A stretch of DNA of 64,000 nucleotides from the NCBI GenBank assembly GCA_950072105.1, contig CATMOE010000001.1:32001-96000 (forward strand), given 5' to 3'. Below, in pieces: positions 10,456 to 20,536 of the stretch. Source of the stretch: an uncultured Dehalococcoidia bacterium. Its GTDB lineage: Bacteria > Chloroflexota > Dehalococcoidia > Lucifugimonadales > UBA3495. The position numbers and the translations under genes were made by a program. The notes beneath the pieces are model-generated. The model was not told where the DNA came from. It saw only the letters and a list, made by a program, of their open reading frames with translations, and searched no databases. Within the stretch, counting starts at the first letter, position 1. Each line of letters opens with the position of its first letter.

Positions 10456-10576
10456 TCCTGCTCGAGTTGAATCGCCCCATTAGCGGGTGTATGCTGCGGA
10501 ATTGAAGCCCTTCCCCAAAGAGGGGTGGCCGCCAACCGGCGAATCCCACTAATCAAAAATGATCAGGGAGACAGCC

Positions 10577-11662
10577 ATGAAGTTCGGACTTTTTACCATT
10601 GTGCCTTGGCATGAAAGTGTCACCCAGGAGCAAGCCTTACGCGATGCCATGGAGCAGATCGAACTGGCCGACCAGTTGGGACTCGACGAAGTTTGGCTGG
10701 GCGAGCACCGGTTTTCTAGGCACGGGCTCCTGTCCGGAATATTCACGTTTCTCGGCCAGGTAGCCGCCAGGACCAAGCATGTCCGCATCGGCACCGCCGT
10801 GATCGTGTTACCCCTGCACAATCCGATTCTGGTGGCTGAAGAAACCGCCATGCTGGACGTTATCAGCGGAGGACGCTTCAATTTCGGCATCGGCGCGGGA
10901 TATCAACGCCAGGAGTTCGACGGCATCGGGGTCAATATGGAGGAGAGCCGGGAGCGGTTCCAGGAAGCCGTGGAAGTGATAACCCGGGCTTGGACCGAAG
11001 AAAGTCTGACTTTCCACGGCAAGTACACCAATGTAGACGATCTGGAGGTCATTCCGAAACCTTTGCAAAAGCCCCACCCGCCCCTGTTCCAGGCGGTCAG
11101 CACCTCTCCGACCAGCATAGAATTCGCCGCCAGTCGGCAGATACAGGTCATCGCCGGAGGTCCGACTGATATTCTGGGCCAGGCGCCCCAAGTGATTCAG
11201 CGATGGCGGGACAAGATGGACGAATACGGCTACCCCCACGCCCATCTGGACCCCCCGATGTCCAAGGCCATCTACGTGGCTCCCACGATGGAGGAGGCGG
11301 AGCGGGACCCCATAGGTCTGGAAGACTTCTCTTCAAGAATCCTAAGCTCCACCGGCCGGTTGGGAACCCCAGTGGGATTGCCGGTGGACAGCAACGGCAA
11401 CTTTCCCAAGGGGTACGAACATTGGGCCGGCCGCCAGAACGACCGAAACCGGCGCGACGACCCGGGACACGCCGGCCTCCCACCGTTGCGGGGCACACCG
11501 GACGTGGTGATAGAACGCTTGAAGGCGACCCAGGAAGCGGGAATCAATCATATATTCGGCGCTTTTGGGTTTCCTGGTTTGCCTCACGAAAAGGTCATGC
11601 GCTCCATTGAGTTGTTCGCCAAGGAAGTCATGCCCCATTTCCGGGAGGCGCCCGTTACCTAG
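10577..11662 (+). CDS. LLM-class flavin-dependent monooxygenase
   Basis: MKFGLF start, ADQLGLDEVWLGEHRF, VAEETAMLDVISGGRFNFGIGAGY, PKPLQKPHPP. Confidence 0.92.
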   Translation: MKFGLFTIVPWHESVTQEQALRDAMEQIELADQLGLDEVWLGEHRFSRHGLLSGIFTFLGQVAARTKHVRIGTAVIVLPLHNPILVAEETAMLDVISGGRFNFGIGAGYQRQEFDGIGVNMEESRERFQEAVEVITRAWTEESLTFHGKYTNVDDLEVIPKPLQKPHPPLFQAVSTSPTSIEFAASRQIQVIAGGPTDILGQAPQVIQRWRDKMDEYGYPHAHLDPPMSKAIYVAPTMEEAERDPIGLEDFSSRILSSTGRLGTPVGLPVDSNGNFPKGYEHWAGRQNDRNRRDDPGHAGLPPLRGTPDVVIERLKATQEAGINHIFGAFGFPGLPHEKVMRSIELFAKEVMPHFREAPVT

Positions 11663-11799
11663 CGTCTTTCGCCACCGGGCCTGGCATCGCACTCATTCCG
11701 GCCAACGGCCCGGTGGTGGCAAAGGCGATCCTCCGAAGGCTTCATTACATGCACAGGTGAGTGGCTTCAGGATATTCGACTGCCCAAATTTCAAGGTTA

Positions 11800-11827
11800 T
11801 TGACGATGCGCCGCCTACATCTATAAT
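11800..11827 (+). promoter_or_regulatory. Sigma70-type promoter
   Basis: TTGACG-16 nt-TATAAT, about 40 nt upstream of the ATG at 11867. Confidence 0.6.
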
Positions 11828-11866
11828 TGTAAGGCGGGCTTGAAAAGAGAGGGTGTGGGAGGATAC

Positions 11867-13360
11867 ATGGCGGAACAGGACTCAGGACGGCGGCGGGCGG
11901 CAGGACTTCCCTTAGTGATTGGGGTTTTGGTTCTGGTGGTGGCGGCAGCGGCGGTGGGGGCATTCGCTTTTTTCAACTCCAAGGCTACAACTGTAGCTGA
12001 TCCCGATCCTCTGAGCAATATCCAAGTTAGATCCCTAGGCCTAATCGTCTTTTCCTCGAACCGGGACGGCAATAACGAGATCTATGTGATGGACGTCAAT
12101 GGTTCAAAGTTGGCCCGGTTAACGAATCATCTAGCTTCGGACACCTTCCCCAGTTGGTCGCCTGACGGGGAAACAATCGTATTTACGTCCGACCGAGATG
12201 GCAACGAAGAAATTTTTATCATGGACTTCGATGGGTCCAATCAGGTCAACTTGTCCAATGATCCGGGTCGGGATTACGATCCCGTTTGGTCGCCCGACAG
12301 TGACCAAGTGCTCTTCACTTCCGAACGGGAAACCGGCCAGGAAGTTTTCGTCATGAACCTCGATGGCTCGGGACAGGACCGCTTGAGCAATAACGCAGGT
12401 CGGCAAAATTCGACGGCTGCCTGGTCGCCTAACGGCGAGAAAATAGCGTTCACCTCATATCAAGACGATCTTAATATATCCACGATAAACGCCAACGGTT
12501 CTGTCGAGATCGTCCTGACCGATGACCCGGCCGACGACGCCAGCCCGGCCTGGTCCCCGGACGGGACAAAGATCGCCTTCCACTCATGGCGCGATGGAAA
12601 CCCCGAGATATATGTGATGAACTCGGACGGTACCGTACCGGTGAGATTGACCTTCGACTCCGCCGCCGACTTTGAACCGTCGTGGTCCCGGGACGGATCC
12701 AAGATAATCTTTGAATCACAGCGAGATGGGGAGAAAGGGATCTACACGATCAATCCGGACGGCACCGGCTTGACCCGTATTTCCCATCGGGGGGACTCTT
12801 CCCCTGCCTGGGCACCCGTGCCCATCCCAGGAAAGTTAAAACTTTATCTGGTGCCGTCATTGAGCAACCCGCAGAGTTTGTCCGTTTCCGGCGAGGGGTT
12901 AGGGGAGCTTAGAATCATCCAGGTGCCGTTGATCTATGAAGCTCCGCAAGCAGCTCACGACACCTTGCTTAAAAATCTTTGGGGCAGCTTGTCTTTGGTG
13001 TTCGCAGGATCTGGATTTGCTGGAGTATGGTCCGATAACGACAATGCCCGCCTGGTGCTCCAACTAAACGGTCCGTTGACCGACGCCGATTACTTCCATT
13101 GCGCGGGGCTGAGCATAAATAACGTGGAAAAGACCAATTCCTGTGGCAACGGCTTCCACTTCTCTGAATTTGTAGCGGGCGGTTACACCGTGACGGTTGA
13201 TATTCCCGCCATCAAAAGCATCGAGCCTTCAGACCGATTGGAGCTCTCGTTCGTGCTGGGCACCACTTTGCCGGAAGGCGAAAAAGTGGTGCCAAACTTG
13301 GTATTTGGCGGCGATACCCCCCTGAAGATCAGCTACCTGGAGATTGGCTCGGACCGGTAG
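11867..13360 (+). CDS. Membrane-anchored TolB-like (PD40) beta-propeller protein with uncharacterised C-terminal domain
   Basis: N-terminal TM helix; about 6 repeats of PxWSPDGxxIxFxSxRDGxxEIYVMNxDG; ~180-aa unrelated C-terminal domain; GGAGG RBS. Confidence 0.85.
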   Translation: MAEQDSGRRRAAGLPLVIGVLVLVVAAAAVGAFAFFNSKATTVADPDPLSNIQVRSLGLIVFSSNRDGNNEIYVMDVNGSKLARLTNHLASDTFPSWSPDGETIVFTSDRDGNEEIFIMDFDGSNQVNLSNDPGRDYDPVWSPDSDQVLFTSERETGQEVFVMNLDGSGQDRLSNNAGRQNSTAAWSPNGEKIAFTSYQDDLNISTINANGSVEIVLTDDPADDASPAWSPDGTKIAFHSWRDGNPEIYVMNSDGTVPVRLTFDSAADFEPSWSRDGSKIIFESQRDGEKGIYTINPDGTGLTRISHRGDSSPAWAPVPIPGKLKLYLVPSLSNPQSLSVSGEGLGELRIIQVPLIYEAPQAAHDTLLKNLWGSLSLVFAGSGFAGVWSDNDNARLVLQLNGPLTDADYFHCAGLSINNVEKTNSCGNGFHFSEFVAGGYTVTVDIPAIKSIEPSDRLELSFVLGTTLPEGEKVVPNLVFGGDTPLKISYLEIGSDR

Positions 13361-13366
13361 GCAACC

Positions 13367-14785
13367 CTACCTGACCGGCCCTCCGATGGGAGACCTGGGT
13401 CCCTCACAGGCCAGGAATTGCCCGTAGCCGGGACGTTGCTCCAGATTGCCCTGGTTCAGCAGCACCTGACCTCTAAGCAGGGTCATCCAGGGAGTTCCGC
13501 TAACCTGCCACCCCTCGAACAAAGTGTAGCCGGCGTTACTCTGGTGGTCTTTGGCGGTGATTATCCGGTCGGTTTGGGGGTCTATTATCAATAAGTCCGC
13601 GTCGGACCCTACCTGAATCACACCTTTCCTGGGGTAGAGTCCGAATATCCGAGCCGGATTTTCCGACATCACCCGGGCCAGCCACCAGATCGGCAGTCCC
13701 CGCTTGACCACCCCTTCGCTATAGGTGAGGGAAACGATAGTTTCCAATCCTGGGGAGCCAAAAGGCACGGATGCTCCTTCCGGGGTAACGAATATGTTGT
13801 CCCATCCCACTTGCTTCAATTCCTGAGGGTGAGGCGAATGGTCGCTGGAAACTATGGAAGTGTGACCTTGCTCCAATCCTCGCCACATCGCCTCCCGATC
13901 CGGACCGTCGTCCGCCCGTAGCGGAGGCCCAATCTTGGCCAGGGGGCCAACTCGCGCCATCTCCGCATCCGAAAGCAAAAGGTACTGGGGACAAGTTTCC
14001 GTCCACACCGCTTGCCCAAGTGACTGGGCCTGCTTGATACGCTCCATTCCCAGATGCGTGCTCAGATGCACAACGTAGGTGGGGCAACGGGTGGCCGAAC
14101 TCATCTGAACCGCCCGGTTGATGGCCTCTTCTTCCGCCCAATCAGGGCAAGCCCTGGGAAAGTCGGTGGGATGCGTGTGCCCTTCGGCGATCAGCTTGTT
14201 TTCCAGATACTCGATGATGTTGCCGCTTTCGCAATGGAGTTGCATCACACCGCCACCGGAAGCCACTAGGTCCATGGCGTTGCAGATGTAATCGTCGTCG
14301 CACATACGCCAGGGACGTTTCTTATAGGTCATGAACATCTTGTAGGACTTGACCCCCATCTCCAACGCCTGGGGCAAACCGTTAAGTATGTCAGGCCGGT
14401 TCTGCAACATGAAGTGGAAAGCGAAATCTACCAGAGCGGTGTCGGCGAATTGCTCTTTGCTTCGGTTTATCGCTTGGGGCAGGGTTTCGTCGCCTTCCAG
14501 GTTATAGCTGCCGAAAGGAATAATGGTGGTGAGACCGGCCAAAGCCGCCGCCCGTGACCCCAGTTCGTAGTCGTCGTGGCCGTCCAGGTGTACGTGGCTG
14601 TCGATAAGCCCCGGCAGCACGAACTTACCCGCCGCGTCGATATATTTATCCGCCGGGGGAAGTAATTCCTCGGGTCCGATCGCGGCGATTTTCCCTCCGG
14701 TGATCGCTATGGAGCTTTCATATACCTGGGAGGAAGTTACTACCTGTCCGCCCCGTATTATGGTATCGACTCTTACATCCGCCAT
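13367..14785 (-). CDS. Cyclic amidohydrolase (dihydropyrimidinase/hydantoinase/allantoinase family)
   Basis: PGLIDSHVH, SYKMF (carboxylated Lys position), HCE, VVHLS, ETCPQYL, SSDHSP, NPARIFGLYPRKG. Confidence 0.92.
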   Translation of the reverse strand: MADVRVDTIIRGGQVVTSSQVYESSIAITGGKIAAIGPEELLPPADKYIDAAGKFVLPGLIDSHVHLDGHDDYELGSRAAALAGLTTIIPFGSYNLEGDETLPQAINRSKEQFADTALVDFAFHFMLQNRPDILNGLPQALEMGVKSYKMFMTYKKRPWRMCDDDYICNAMDLVASGGGVMQLHCESGNIIEYLENKLIAEGHTHPTDFPRACPDWAEEEAINRAVQMSSATRCPTYVVHLSTHLGMERIKQAQSLGQAVWTETCPQYLLLSDAEMARVGPLAKIGPPLRADDGPDREAMWRGLEQGHTSIVSSDHSPHPQELKQVGWDNIFVTPEGASVPFGSPGLETIVSLTYSEGVVKRGLPIWWLARVMSENPARIFGLYPRKGVIQVGSDADLLIIDPQTDRIITAKDHQSNAGYTLFEGWQVSGTPWMTLLRGQVLLNQGNLEQRPGYGQFLACEGPRSPIGGPVR

Positions 14786-14839
14786 TTGATGCCTCCCTGA
14801 AATGGAATCCTAGTACTGGATCAACTCTAAAATGAAAGA

Positions 14840-14927
14840 TGTCATTCCGATCCTTCGGCGGAAGGAGAGGAACCTCAGGTTTGCTGGTCCAGCACGCATG
14901 AGATTCCTCGCTACGCTCGGAATGACA
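14840..14927. repeat. Palindromic intergenic (REP/RPE-like) element, GTCATTCCG family
   Basis: Perfect 11-bp terminal inverted repeat TGTCATTCCGA...TCGGAATGACA; internal GAGGAACCTCA/TGAGATTCCTC. Confidence 0.8.
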
Positions 14928-15012
14928 ATAGCCCATCGGAGCGACATTGGCCCATGCCTGAGCCCTAGCCCGCTTTACTATACCAAGTAGAACCTTCTCC
15001 GGCGACCATAAT

Positions 15013-15879
15013 TTAGTGGGTTAAAATATTTGTCATATCAACACTGATTTCCCACAACCGGGCCGCCGCGTCTTCATCGTATGAGGCGGGAGCAGACCGA
15101 ACGGCCTGGAACTTCTCGTAATAGCCGCCGGTGATACCTTCTATCTCATCTGAACTGGCCAGATACACACTGGTTCGAGCGCCGTTTTCCGGGCTGATAC
15201 CCTTCAACCCAAAGAAGAATGAAAAAATGGGCCCTATCTTGCCGTTGTTGGCCAGGAACCTGGTTGCTACCACGCCGGGATGCAGGGCGTTTGCCGTGAC
15301 GCCGGTCTCTTCTAGCCTCCGGGCCAATTCGTAAGTAAAGAGCACGTTCCCCAGTTTGGACTGTCCGTAAGCCCTCATTCCCCGGTATCCGCGGCGTCCC
15401 TGGAGGTCGTCGAAATTGATCCGGGCTTTACGATGGGAACTGGACGACACATTTACTATCCTGGCCGGCGCGCTGGATTTCAGTAGATCCAACAATAGAT
15501 GTGTCAGCAGAAAATAACTCAGGTGGTTGAGCGCAAACGTTAGCTCTATGCCATCGACGGTTTCCCGGCGGGCCAAGTTAATGGCGCCGGCGTTGTTGAC
15601 CAGCACGTCTAATCTTGAATGGCGGCTTTTGAACTCGTCAGCCAGACTCCTAACTTGCTTTAGAGATGAAAGATCGGCAAGGAGATGGTCTACGTTCTGG
15701 TTTCCGGTCTGCCGCTTGATCCGCTCAACGGCCGCGACGCATCTTTCGATACTTCGTCCGGCTACCACCACGGTGGCGCCCAAGGCCGCCAGGCTCGAAG
15801 CCGTTGCCTCCCCGATTCCCGCGGTAGCTCCGGTAACTAAACAGATCTTCCCAATCATCGGTTGATCCGTACCCGCCAT
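15013..15879 (-). CDS. Short-chain dehydrogenase/reductase (retinol dehydrogenase-like)
   Basis: TGATAGIG, NNAG, VSS, YGQSK, LHPG. Confidence 0.92.
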   Translation of the reverse strand: MAGTDQPMIGKICLVTGATAGIGEATASSLAALGATVVVAGRSIERCVAAVERIKRQTGNQNVDHLLADLSSLKQVRSLADEFKSRHSRLDVLVNNAGAINLARRETVDGIELTFALNHLSYFLLTHLLLDLLKSSAPARIVNVSSSSHRKARINFDDLQGRRGYRGMRAYGQSKLGNVLFTYELARRLEETGVTANALHPGVVATRFLANNGKIGPIFSFFFGLKGISPENGARTSVYLASSDEIEGITGGYYEKFQAVRSAPASYDEDAAARLWEISVDMTNILTH

Positions 15880-15979
15880 GTTTCCACTCCGCAGCGTCAC
15901 CAACGTTTTCAGCACCGATAATAACCTATCCCAGCCGAATTAGTTACCCGACTAGTGTATAGTTGGTGCAAGCAGAGGT

Positions 15980-16513
15980 ATGCCCATGAAGAACCCCGTA
16001 TTCCTGGCGTTGATAGCGTTGATCACCGTTTTACTTGCCGTGACCGGCGACGGCGGGGCGTCAGCTCAAGTTGTATCCCTCTGTATCGGAAACGATCAGG
16101 TAAATGGACGAATCGTCATGGGCACGCCTTTCGCCGATTTCATAGATTGCAGTGTATCCAGTGGAGACTTGGTCATATTTGGGCTGGGCGGGAACGATTG
16201 GATCGTGGGCGGCCGTGGCGCCGACGTAATTGACGGGGGGCCGGGCGACGATATCATCATTGGACGAAATTCCAAAGACTTTTTAATCGGCGGACCGGAA
16301 AGAGATTTTCTTGCCGGCGGCCGCGGCGACGATCTGATACGCGGTGGCGCGGGCAGCGATCAGTTGTTCGGCGGAGATGGAAACGACCTGCTGTACGGGG
16401 GCGATGCCAACGACGTCATGTTCGGCGGGAACGGATTTGACCTGTGTAACGGACAAGAGGGGAGCGCTGATCTGGCCAGCAGTTCCTGTGAATTGCCCGC
16501 CAACGTTCCGTAA
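15980..16513 (+). CDS. Small secreted protein of RTX/hemolysin-type Ca-binding repeats
   Basis: Signal-peptide-like N-terminus and about 10 GGxGxDxL-type nonapeptides. Confidence 0.85.
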   Translation: MPMKNPVFLALIALITVLLAVTGDGGASAQVVSLCIGNDQVNGRIVMGTPFADFIDCSVSSGDLVIFGLGGNDWIVGGRGADVIDGGPGDDIIIGRNSKDFLIGGPERDFLAGGRGDDLIRGGAGSDQLFGGDGNDLLYGGDANDVMFGGNGFDLCNGQEGSADLASSSCELPANVP

Positions 16514-16545
16514 CTTTTTTGGTTAGCGTATTCCCCACGGTATCT

Positions 16546-16620
16546 TCATCCCGGCCCTTCCGCGGTAAGGGGATCCAGAAAACCTCTCGGTTGGATACGT
16601 TCGTAGACACCGGTGTGACG
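16546..16620. repeat. Degenerate palindromic intergenic element (GTCATCCCGG family)
   Basis: TCATCCCGG-CCCTTCCGCGGTAAGG-GGATCCA...TGGATAC...CCGGTGTGACG; resembles the element at 62835. Confidence 0.5.
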
Positions 16621-16713
16621 AATTAAATGTCCCCACACTACCAGACATTGGCCCGCCATTGAGGACATCATCCATGACGAGTAGAATGGACCGGTTGGAA
16701 CGGGAAGATAAAT

Positions 16714-18042
16714 ATGCTTAAGATTAACCTGCAGCCGGCTCACCTAGCTGTCGGAACGCGAAAGGTTCATTACGCCTGGGTCATGGTAGCCGTAGCTTCC
16801 ACCATGTGGATGACTACCGCCGCAGTACGATTTGCCGCCGCGATACTGGTGCCCGACCTCCAAGATATCTTTGGCTGGAGCATCTTCGCCATCTTCGCGG
16901 CGTTCGCCATTCAGTGGATATCCGCGGCTTTATTCAGCCCAATCGTCGGTTGGATGGGAGACCGGTACGGCGTCCGCCGCATCATGGCGTTTGGCGCCGG
17001 ACTGTTTATCGCCGGTATGCTCCTCACTGGCACCATGACCCATCTCTGGCAATTCTACGTTTACTATGGGCTGGTTCTGGCTATAGCCATGGCCATCTTT
17101 CAAGTCCCGTTGGTGGCGGCGGTGACCCTTTGGTTCAAGAAGAATCTGGGCGTGGCCATGGGTACCCTGCAGGCTCTTCAGGGATTGGGGACGGTGTTGG
17201 GGATAGTCATAGTCGCCGTTCTGCTGGATTCTCTGGGGCTAAAATGGACTTTCTGGATTCCCGGCATAGCCGGCGGTACCATATTGCTTGTGCTGGTCCG
17301 GTTGTTTTACAACGAGCCCGGCGAGATCGGAGTCAAGCCTTGGGGGGCCTTGGAAGAGGACCCATTGGAGCGGCTGCTGGAAGCCTCCATAGCAAAGGCG
17401 AGGACCAGTGTATTTCTCAAGCAGGCCCAAAGGACCGGCGCTTTTTGGAACCTGATCAGCATCCACTTCTGGGGATGCGCCGGGCACAATATCATTCTGA
17501 TGGGATTGCCCGCCATGGTGGCTGAACGAGGCTTTTCACGAGTAGAGTCGGCGGGGGTATTGGTAGTCCTGACGGTTGTGAGCTTGATAACCAGGTTCGC
17601 GGTCCCGGTGGCGGCGGATCTGGTGGGTAGCAAGAAAGCGATGTTGGTCAGCTTTGCCTTGCAGACCGCTCCCGTCCTGATTCTCTTGGTTGCCAACGAC
17701 CTGTGGGTCTTCTACCTTTTTGCGGTCCTATTCGGCATCGGCATCGGCGGCGAGATGACGGCCTTCCCCATAATCAATCGCCAATACTACGGCAACGCTC
17801 CAATGGGCACCACCTACGGCTGGCAATTGCTGGGCGGAGGCATGGGCATGGCGATCGGCCTCCTGTTGGGCGGATATATCTGGACTGAAAGTGGATCATT
17901 TAGCGGAGCCGTGTTACTTTCATTTGGCCTGAGCATGGTGGGCGTTGTATCTATCTGGCTATTGCCGAGCACCTCCCATCACCTGATCCCCCATTGGGAG
18001 GAATCGTTGCCTTTAGAGGCCCGTTCGTCTGCTAGCGCGTGA
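16714..18042 (+). CDS. MFS transporter (tandem paralog 1)
   Basis: About 12 TMs, GWMGDRYGVRR; colinear with 18124-19461. Confidence 0.92.
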   Translation: MLKINLQPAHLAVGTRKVHYAWVMVAVASTMWMTTAAVRFAAAILVPDLQDIFGWSIFAIFAAFAIQWISAALFSPIVGWMGDRYGVRRIMAFGAGLFIAGMLLTGTMTHLWQFYVYYGLVLAIAMAIFQVPLVAAVTLWFKKNLGVAMGTLQALQGLGTVLGIVIVAVLLDSLGLKWTFWIPGIAGGTILLVLVRLFYNEPGEIGVKPWGALEEDPLERLLEASIAKARTSVFLKQAQRTGAFWNLISIHFWGCAGHNIILMGLPAMVAERGFSRVESAGVLVVLTVVSLITRFAVPVAADLVGSKKAMLVSFALQTAPVLILLVANDLWVFYLFAVLFGIGIGGEMTAFPIINRQYYGNAPMGTTYGWQLLGGGMGMAIGLLLGGYIWTESGSFSGAVLLSFGLSMVGVVSIWLLPSTSHHLIPHWEESLPLEARSSASA

Positions 18043-18123
18043 CGAACTACCCTGGAACGTGGCCCGGCGTGAAGGCATCCTCCTGAGTGAGTAAAATGGT
18101 CCGATCGTAATGGGAAAATAAAG

Positions 18124-19461
18124 ATGTTTAAGGTCGATTTGCGGCCCGCTGACCTGGCCGTCGGGTCGCGGAAAATTCATTACGGCTGGGTGATCGTAGC
18201 CCTTGCCTCGACCATGGGGTGTATCACCTCTTCAGTTCGATTTGCCGCCGCGGCTCTGGTGCCCTATCTGAGGGACTCTGCATCGGGCTTCGGTTGGAGT
18301 TACGGCGCGATAAGCCTTGGCTTCAGCCTCCAGTGGTTTGTTTTAGGTGTCGTGAGCCCCTATATAGGCTCGTTGGGGGACAGATATGGAGTTCGCCGGC
18401 TGCTATATCTGGGAGCTTTTCTGTTCATCGCCGGCATGCTGCTTACAGGCGTCATGACCAGCCTGTGGCAGTTCTACCTCTTCTTCGGCGTCATGCTGGG
18501 CATCGCCACCACCATTTTCTCGATACTCTTGGTGACCGGCGTCACTCTATGGTTCAGAAAACATCTAGGCGTGGCCATGGGGGCCGTGGGCTCGTTCCAG
18601 GGAATGGGGACGATCGGGTTTCTTTTCCTGATAGCCGTAGCTTTCGATCTGTTGGGCATGAAGTGGATATTTTGGATTCCAGGCATAGTGGGCGGGGCGC
18701 TCATACTATTGCTGATAAAGTTCTTTTACAACGAACCCGGCGATGTAGGCTTGCGGCCTCTAGGCGCTCCTGAAGGTGAGGCTATCAACAGGCCACAGAA
18801 GGACGAGACGGCTAAGATAAGGGCCAAGGTGTTCCTCCAGCAGGCCCAACGCACCAGCACTTTCTGGAACCTCATCGGCATCCACTTCTGGGGCTGCATG
18901 GGCCACAATATTATCAACGTGCTGTTGGTGGCTATAGCCGTGGATCGTGGCCTTTCTCTTGGAGTGGCTGCCGGGGTCCTCGCTACTCAACAGATCACCG
19001 GCGTCTTCGCACGGGGCGCGGTTCCGATTATAGCGGACCGCGTGGGTAGCAAAAGCGTCTGGGTGGTTGGTATGTCTCTGCAAGCTCTGCCTCTGCTCAT
19101 CATTCTCTTTGTCCACGATGCCTGGGCGTTTTACCTCTTCGCGTTCCTCTTTGGTATAGGCCAAGGTTCCGAGGTACCTACCTTTCCGATCGCCAACCGG
19201 CAGTACTTTGGCAACGTCCCACAGGGCAGCCTCTATGGATGGCAAAACATTGGGAATGGCCTTGGGATGGGGTTGGCGCCGGTGGTTGCTGGATTCTTGT
19301 GGGACATAACAGGCACTTATGCCGTTCCCTTGAGCATGGCCCTTGGGTTTAGCTTAATGGCCTTGATCTCCGCCCTGCTCTTACCCAGTTCATCCCGTAA
19401 TTTGATACCCCACTGGGAGGAATCGTTGCCATTGGAGGCCCGTTCGCCAGCTAGCCTGTGA
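18124..19461 (+). CDS. MFS transporter (tandem paralog 2)
   Basis: About 12 TMs, GSLGDRYGVRR; shares the C-terminal LIPHWEESLPLEARS with the previous gene. Confidence 0.92.
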   Translation: MFKVDLRPADLAVGSRKIHYGWVIVALASTMGCITSSVRFAAAALVPYLRDSASGFGWSYGAISLGFSLQWFVLGVVSPYIGSLGDRYGVRRLLYLGAFLFIAGMLLTGVMTSLWQFYLFFGVMLGIATTIFSILLVTGVTLWFRKHLGVAMGAVGSFQGMGTIGFLFLIAVAFDLLGMKWIFWIPGIVGGALILLLIKFFYNEPGDVGLRPLGAPEGEAINRPQKDETAKIRAKVFLQQAQRTSTFWNLIGIHFWGCMGHNIINVLLVAIAVDRGLSLGVAAGVLATQQITGVFARGAVPIIADRVGSKSVWVVGMSLQALPLLIILFVHDAWAFYLFAFLFGIGQGSEVPTFPIANRQYFGNVPQGSLYGWQNIGNGLGMGLAPVVAGFLWDITGTYAVPLSMALGFSLMALISALLLPSSSRNLIPHWEESLPLEARSPASL

Positions 19462-19551
19462 AGCTACGGTAGGCGTGGTACAATGTGCCGGTTCGATGGA
19501 ATACCATCTTAGTTACACCTAGCATTCAGTAGATCAAATGGAGGTACAACG

Positions 19552-20277
19552 ATGCCGCAAAGTTGGGTAGATATCAATGTTGGCGGAGATACCATGGAGG
19601 CGTATTTGGCTCAGCCGGAGGCGTCAGACCCGGCCCCGGCCGTGGTAGTCATTCAAGAGATCTGGGGCGTAAACTCCCACATTCAATTTCTGACCGACCG
19701 TTTTCCAGCCCAAGGTTACGTGGGACTGGCCCCCGCCATGTTCCACCGGGAAGGACGAATGACCATGGGACTGCACGAAGAGATGGACAACGCCGTCGCC
19801 AGGATGCAGCGGTGTACCGATGAAGGCATCGTGGCCGACGTCCAGGCTGCCGTGGACTACCTGAAGGCGCAGCCCTTCGTCCTAGCCGACCGAATCGGCA
19901 TTGTCGGATTCTGCTACGGAGGCCGCGTTTCCTACCTGGCGGCCTGCAATGTTTCGGACATCAAAGCCAGCGTGGTCTACTACGGCGGGAGAATAATGAG
20001 CTCTCTGGGACACGGACCTTCCCCCTTCGATCAAACATCCAGGATCACCGCGCCGGTGCTGGGCTTGTTTGGCGAGGAGGACCAGAATCCTTCGCCTGAA
20101 GACGTCGCGAAGATCGACGCCGAAATGACAAGGCTGGGCAAGAACCATGAGTTCCACGTTTACCCCGGCTGCGGCCACGGTTTTAATTGCAACGCCCGCT
20201 CCAGCTACCGGCCCGAGTCGGCCCGCGACGCCTGGAGCAAGGCGATGGCTTGGTTCGAAGCGAATTTGAAGGGCTAG
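19552..20277 (+). CDS. Dienelactone hydrolase family protein
   Basis: QEIWGVN, nucleophile GFCYGG, GEED, GHGF. Confidence 0.93.
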   Translation: MPQSWVDINVGGDTMEAYLAQPEASDPAPAVVVIQEIWGVNSHIQFLTDRFPAQGYVGLAPAMFHREGRMTMGLHEEMDNAVARMQRCTDEGIVADVQAAVDYLKAQPFVLADRIGIVGFCYGGRVSYLAACNVSDIKASVVYYGGRIMSSLGHGPSPFDQTSRITAPVLGLFGEEDQNPSPEDVAKIDAEMTRLGKNHEFHVYPGCGHGFNCNARSSYRPESARDAWSKAMAWFEANLKG

Positions 20278-20281
20278 GAAG

Positions 20282-20350
20282 CCCTCACCCCGACCCCGAT
20301 TGCATCTGCATCACTCCTCTCCCCGCGGGAGAGGGGCCGGGGATGAGGGG
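20282..20350. repeat. CCCTCACCCC/CCTCTCCC-type palindromic intergenic repeat
   Basis: CCCTCACCCC...CCTCTCCCCGCGGGAGAGG...GGGGATGAGGG nested hairpin just after a stop codon. Confidence 0.6.
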
Positions 20351-20536
20351 CCACATCCCTGAAGCCTGACTGAAATAATACCGGGGACGGCCTACATCGA
20401 CTGGCTGTTCCCGGCTATTTTTGCCCGATGAAAGGCGATACCGTCGATCTACCCGGCGGTACGCCAGCCCTTAGAATTGGATCAAGACGCAGGGCGAAAC
20501 CCGCGTGCACGCCCGCGCCGATTTGGAGTAAGGACC

